64,000 nt of DNA, taken from NCBI RefSeq assembly GCF_020745735.1, contig NC_083438.1, positions 32,424,443 to 32,488,442 on the forward strand. Reading direction: 5' to 3'. Each line of letters begins with the position of its first letter. The first letter of the stretch is position 1. The stretch comes from Hemiscyllium ocellatum. Lineage: Eukaryota. Made by a program: the position numbers and the translations under genes. Of this stretch, positions 60,384-64,000 are shown piece after piece. The notes under the pieces are model-generated. The model saw only the letters and a program-made list of their open reading frames with translations, was not told the origin of the DNA and searched no databases.

Positions 60384-61024
60384 TGTCACAAAGCTGGTGC
60401 CTTTTTTTGAAAAGCTGTTCCTTTTCTCAAGGATATTGGTTTCTTTCAGAGGGTTCCTAAACAGCTCCCGGTTCTGATTAGACTGGTTTGGTAAAGAGAT
60501 TAAAGGGTATTGAGAGGCCTTTTTGTTTATATGTAACTGGATGAGACTTCAGGCTAAAGTGGTCATGTTTTAGAAGTGACCTGTATAAGGAAAGGACAGT
60601 GGTCAGCTCTCTAGCTGAGCAGTTCAGTCCAGAACTGGTTGGGAGTTCAACAGTGAGCTGTATGGAAACAGGTTGCTAACCTCTCTCTCTCCTTCTGCCC
60701 TTCTAACTTCAACCTGTAAGTGTTTGTTTCATTTTTACTGTTATTTAAAGTGGGTTTGCTTATTGGGTCTGTTGTGTATGTTCAGAACAGCATGATTAAG
60801 TCTAGTTTGGATAGACTGAGGTGTGTAGGGCTTCTTTATTCTGTTCTTTATGTTTCATTGTGTAATTTTGTGAATAAATTTTTGTCTGTTTTAAATCCTG
60901 GTAGTCAACCTCGCTAACTTACTCTGCGTAGTTTTCACTGTACACTCAGCAAAACAAATTACAAAGTTATGGTCTGGGCTGCCTGGTTAAGAATGTTTTG
61001 AGTGGTCTGACTTAGTCCATAACA
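60384..61024 (+). mobile_element. Solo LTR
   Basis: TGTCAC...ATAACA termini flanked by a 4-bp ACAT duplication; internal AATAAA at about 60872. Confidence 0.75.
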
Positions 61025-61753
61025 ACATTATCCCAAATGTAAAATGTTAGAATAAGTTAAACATTCAGGAAATTTTCAGACTGTGTAAGGTTTCATAAAG
61101 TGGGAGGACAAATAAAAGCATGTAGATCTTGTTTTGATGTTGTGTATTACATGTTTATAATTAAACACGTTTAATAAAATGACATTTCATTCTCTTAAGG
61201 ATGGAGACAGTGTGGACTGCATCTTTTTATTTTTGTGTTTTTAAAAACAATCCTTTCTCATTGTGGAACACAGGTTTTTAAAAAAAAGCTTTACCAGGAT
61301 GACTCCAAAACTTGAAAACAAGGAGTTTGATACCTGTTGTGAACTCTATTTTGTGTTTGCGGCTGTGGGATCCTACAGTGTGCAGCTGATCAGGAACCGA
61401 GGCATGTTTACAAGTGAAGCTGGTGGGTACTCAGTGAACTGAGCAGGTTGGAGTGGGAAACAAGTTATAGAGTCACAGCGACAGAGAGAGAGAGAGAGAG
61501 CGAGAGCGAGAGAGAGACCGAGAGAGAGAGAGAGAGAAAGTTTCTTATTGTTCTCCCCTGCAGAAGTCAGTTCTCTGCAATAAAACAGAACTCTGCCTCA
61601 ACTTGAACAACACCAGTTACCTTTCTTACAGCTGTTGCTGTGAAGCTGTAACTTTTGAAATGATAAATAAGGAACATTTTACAAGTTAATCAGTCCATCT
61701 TACAAACAGGGGAAGCATTCAGAGAAAGATGTCTAAACGACAAGGGCTCTGGC

Positions 61754-62055
61754 TAGATTGGATTACTTACAGTGTGGAAACAGGCCCTTCGGCCCAACAA
61801 GTCCACATCAACCCGCTGAAGTGCAACCCACCCATACACCTACATTTACTCCTTACCTAACACTACGGGCAATTTAGCATGGCCAATTCACCTGACCCGC
61901 ACATCTTTGGACTGTGGGAGGAAACCGGAGCAAACCCACACAGACACAGGGAGAATATGCAAACTCCACACAGTCAGTCGCCTGAGTTGGGAATTGAACC
62001 CGGGTCTCAGGCGCTGTGAGACAGCAATGCTAACCACTGTGCCACCATGCCGTCC
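61754..62055 (-). mobile_element. HE1-like SINE
   Basis: Same head and tail as the other copies. Confidence 0.85.
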
Positions 62056-63098
62056 ACTAGAAGGCTAGAAAGACGAAACATTTCAACAGCAAAACTGGGA
62101 AGCAAAGAGAACTGTCCTGACTTTCCAGTGTTACTACCTCTGCCAATCAGCTATTGTTCACTACTTGCCTGTTTGTGACAGGGAGAGAGGGACAGGGAGA
62201 GGGGGGAAGGGGAAGGAGAGGGAGAAGGAGAGGGGGAGGGAGGGAGAAGGGGAGGGAGTATACATGTAAGAGGGAGTTTAGAAGGGGATTAGAGTTTGAG
62301 TTCGTCATTGTTATATGCCGATGATTTATATCTGTTCACATGTAATTACAGCCTAATTACTTGTAATAAATAGCATTTCTTCTTAAGCACAGAAGCCTGC
62401 TCTAAGCTTGATCTGAATTGGAGTCTGGTGAATACTTTAAAATATCATTAATATTTGGTCCAATTCTGTGAATAATGAGGCTCAATTTACAAAGTGGGTC
62501 AAAACAGCTGCAAAAACAAATTCTACTGAAGGATACGGCCGTGAGAAATTGTTGGACCAGTTTATAAAATGACTTTCCTACAAAGCAAACCAATGTCCAA
62601 TTGAATGGCCTTCGAAAACAAAGCCTCACCATTTGCTTCAAGCTTACCCCCAAGCTGATCGAACTTGGTCATAACCCCAAGGGTTGTATTCATTCATAAT
62701 GCTCTCAGTCATGGGAAACGGATTTTCCCCAATTCTTCGAATGAACATCTGATATTTACACCATTGTCAGGGTGTGGGGATTAACGGCAGGGCTGGTATT
62801 TATCGTTAATGCCCAATTGCCCTTGAGAGGGTAGTAATTGAGACCCTGTCCCATGGATCAGGATCAGAAAACAGCAGAAATGAAATAAATCTTCTCCCAC
62901 TTTTGGGAGAAACAATAAAGAGGCTGACCTGGGCAGGATAAAAGAAAGTTTTCCCCAAAATCTCCTTGGAAGTCCTTGATGAGATTCCAGTCTCTCTAAC
63001 TCACTCCCAAGTACATTATTTGATGTGTTTATGAAACCCTTGAAGATTAGATTCCAGTTTGTAACTGACACTTGGGTTTCTATGGCTCAAGAAATTGG

Positions 63099-63347
63099 CG
63101 GGCGGCACGGTGGCACAGTGGTTAGTGCTGCTGCCTCGCAGCGCCAGAGACCCGGGTTCAATTCCCGCCTCAGGCGACTGACTGTGTGAAGTTTGCACGT
63201 TCTCCCCGTGTCTGTGTGGGTTTCCTCCAGATGCTAATTGCCTGTAGTGTTAGGTAAGGGGCAAATGTAGAGCTATGGGTGGGTTTCGGGTCAGTAGTGG
63301 ACTTGTTGGGCCGAAGGGCCTGTTTCCACACTGTAAGTAATCTAATC
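63099..63347 (+). mobile_element. HE1-like SINE (internally deleted)
   Basis: GGCGGCACGGTGGCACAGTGGTTAG..GGTTCAATTCC head; ends ctgtaagtaatctaatc. Confidence 0.88.
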
Positions 63348-63477
63348 AGCACACACCCTTTGATCGGATTCCAATTGCAACAGAATCCTGGTACCTGTTA
63401 TTCTACGTATAAACAGCTCAAAGCCCTGCTTGACATCCTAAGCTAAAACCCACTTCTGAGTAGCTTTTTGTTTATTA

Positions 63478-63820
63478 AGTCATGGGATGAGGGTGTCACT
63501 GGCTAGGCCAGTATTTATTGCCCAGAGGGCAGGTGAGAGTCAACCCCCATGGCTGTGGGTCTGGAGTCGGGTGTAGGCCCAGACCAGGTGAGGATGGCAG
63601 TTTCGTTCCCTGAAGGACAATAGTGAACCCAATGGATTTTCCCAACAATCGACAATGGAAATTATGGTCATTATCAGACTTTAATTCCCAATTTTTTTTC
63701 TGTTAGATTCAACTTCCACCATCTGCCATGGCAGGATTCAAACTCGGGCCTCCAGAACATAATCTGGGTCTCTGGATTAACAATCTAGTGATAATACCAC
63801 TAAACCATCACTCCCCAGGC
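63478..63820 (-). mobile_element. Second tRNA-derived SINE family whose 3' tail matches the CR1/L2-group LINE at 10.8-11.4k
   Basis: Minus-strand tail ggcaataaatactggcctagccagtgacaccctcatcccatga matches the LINE 3' end; B-box-like gagtttgaatcc near the head. Confidence 0.6.
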
Positions 63821-64000
63821 AATCTGTTATTCTATACATAATCCACCCCAAATCCATTAACGCAAGTCTAGCCTGTAACTCGTTCCCAGGTATCTGTTAT
63901 TCCACAAATAAACATCATGAATCCCTTGATTAGTTTGCAGTCTGTGACTCAATCCCAGGTATCTTTTATTCTGTTTAAAAATTCTTTGACCTCTTTGGTC

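Noticed and set aside
63099-63170. tRNA genes
   Set aside because: A/B-box-containing heads are parts of SINEs with LINE-derived tails; no complete cloverleaf was seen.

Overview
Eukaryotic (cartilaginous-fish/shark-type) genomic DNA. The taxon is inferred from HE1-like tRNA-derived SINEs with (TAATC)n tails, abundant CR1/HER1-like LINE fragments, Tx1-like L1s and Penelope-like elements. The window holds a tandem, alternately inverted cluster of small type-I membrane protein genes with B7/butyrophilin-like IgV domains. Exon structure, reconstructed from splice signals and phases: (candidate ATG exon) - 73-nt poly-Leu leader exon - IgV exon - 39-nt Pro/Thr stalk exon - [second, disabled IgV exon] - Gly-rich TM exon - cytoplasmic-tail exon. 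No IgC exon was found. Units: gene A (minus, about 8.1k to 1.06k, tail outside the window); an orphan tail exon (plus, 11.5k); gene B (minus, 30.3k to 16.6k); gene C (plus, 32.4k to 42.9k); gene D (minus, TM and tail only, 58.1k to 55.4k). The five V exons share a near-identical N-terminal framework but diverge in the C-C' strands and F-G loop. One V is a frameshifted chimera and one has lost its splice donor. Tails differ in length and Tyr content. The rest is mobile DNA: a U2-snRNA-headed Tx1 element with a 15-bp TSD (in A and B, absent from C), a Penelope element with a minimal hammerhead ribozyme at the B/C head-to-head junction, an ERV remnant (LTR, tRNA-Ser PBS, 24-bp leader minisatellite, gag), a Gypsy remnant, a solo LTR, a Tigger-like transposon, and many CR1/SINE pieces. 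Exon coordinates were counted by hand; repeat boundaries are approximate; no database searches were run.
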